From Octopus vulgaris (taxonomy: Eukaryota), in assembly GCA_951406725.2 (NCBI GenBank), contig OX597814.1, forward strand, positions 6,386,001 through 6,450,000: a DNA stretch of 64,000 nt, given 5' to 3'. Shown here in pieces: positions 62,598-64,000 of this stretch. Below the pieces are notes generated by a model, which was given only the letters and a program-made list of their open reading frames with translations, was not told the origin of the DNA and searched no databases. How positions within the stretch are numbered: the stretch's first letter is position 1; every line of letters begins with the position of its first letter. A program made the translations under genes and the position numbers.

Positions 62598-62805
62598 TAC
62601 TCTTTTACTTGTTTCAGTCATTTGACTGCGGCCATGCTGGAGCACCGCCTTTTAGTCGAGCAAATCGACCCCGGGACTTATTCTTTGTAAGCCCAGTACT
62701 TATTCTATCGGTCTCTCTTGCCGAACCGCTAAGTGACGGGGACGTAAACACACCAGCATCGGTTGTCAAGCAATGCTAGAGGGACAAACACAGACACACA
62801 CACAA

Positions 62806-62862
<57 letters not shown>

Positions 62863-63196
62863 AGGCGCATGGCTCAGTGGTTAGAGCGTCGAGCTTACGA
62901 TCGTGAGGTTGAGAGCTCGAATCCCGGACGGGCTGCGTGTTGTGTTCTTGAGCAAGGCACTTCATTTCACGTTGCTCCAGTTCACTCAGCTGTAGAAATG
63001 AGTTTGCGACGTCACAGGTGCCAAGCTGCCGACCTTTGTCTTTCCCTTGGATAACACTGGTGGCGTGGAGAGGGAGGCTGGTATGCATGGGCGACTGCTG
63101 GTCTTCCATAAACAACCTTGCCCGGACTTGTGTCTAGGAGGGTAACTTTCTAGGTGCAATCCCATGGTCATTCATGACCGAAGGGGGTCTTTACCC

Positions 63197-63236
<40 letters not shown>

Positions 63237-63398
63237 GACAGGCTTCTTTCAGTTTCCGTCTACCAAATCCACTCACAAGGCTTTGGTCTGCCCGAGGCTA
63301 TAGCAGAAGACACTTGCCCAAGATGTCACGCAGTGGGACTGAACCCGGAACCATGTGGTTGGTTAGCAAGCTACTTACCACACAGCCACTCCTGTGCC
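62598..63398 (-). mobile_element. Family A SINE with a family C SINE (62859-63197, plus) nested in its (TA)n
   Basis: Both halves of A flank GTGAAGGCGCATGGCTCAGTGG...GAAGGGGGTCTTTACCC, with (TA)n on both sides. Confidence 0.9.
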
Positions 63399-64000
63399 TA
63401 TGGCAATGATTTTGCTATTTTTGTTTTGTTAAGTCAGTAAATGCAGAGATTTCTGTGAGACAGCATTAACACCACCACCTCCAGCCAGAGGTGGTCCTGT
63501 GGTTATAGGTTTGGTAGTTAAGGCTTATCTCTCTCTCTCTCTCTCTCTCTTATTTCAATTCCTGTTTAATATATTTCAATTCCCGTTTAAAACACTTTTC
63601 TTTTTAAACTATTGAATAAGTTAACTAAAACGTGAGAAATACAATCAGAATTTTATAACTGAATTTATCATAAGTTCTCTGTTTTGTAAACGACAACAGA
63701 AATAAAATGCAAGTTTGGAATTTTATAAAATTTAATTCTATATTTTTAACGTTAGCATTGTTTATCGTTGGCAAACCATCAAATATGGACAAGAAACAAA
63801 AGGAAAAGATATTGCCTTTGGCCACCACTAAACCAGTTTTTGTCAAACCCTAAACCTGGTTCTCTCCTTGATTACATTACACTGCATTTATACAGTAAAA
63901 TCTCTGGGTTAAAGCAGTAGCAGCAGCAGTAGTAGTAGCAGCAGCATGTACAGTATTAGTTGTAATATCAAATCGATCGTCTACCCTGATGTGATTATAT

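Overview
Eukaryotic, AT-rich, repeat-saturated DNA. The SINE families, (TA/CA)n microsatellite load and RTE 3' ends look like a coleoid cephalopod, most likely Octopus (inference from recalled repeat families, not from a search). Nearly all ORFs in the supplied track are microsatellite or retroposon artefacts. Real gene content appears to be two head-to-head first coding exons about 1.9 kb apart. On the minus strand, 32757-32810 encodes MAEIRQRFPTENEEAKDK, which resembles exon 1 of phosphatidate cytidylyltransferase (CDS1/2). On the plus strand, 34717-34824 encodes a typical mitochondrial presequence. The rest is probably their very long first introns, with a candidate 21-nt microexon at 13778-13798. 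These introns hold 5'-truncated RTE LINEs with a hairpin-minisatellite 3'UTR, four tRNA-derived SINE families, CR1/L2, Gypsy gag, mariner/Tc1 and hAT relics, piggyBac-type MITEs and two non-autonomous Helitrons. The most unusual object is at 53.87-54.48 kb: a tRNA-headed SINE-like element carrying a Penelope-type minimal hammerhead ribozyme motif, present as a head-to-head palindrome. A second, unrelated inverted hammerhead relic lies at 5.2-5.35 kb. Repeat boundaries were read by eye and are approximate to about 10 bp.
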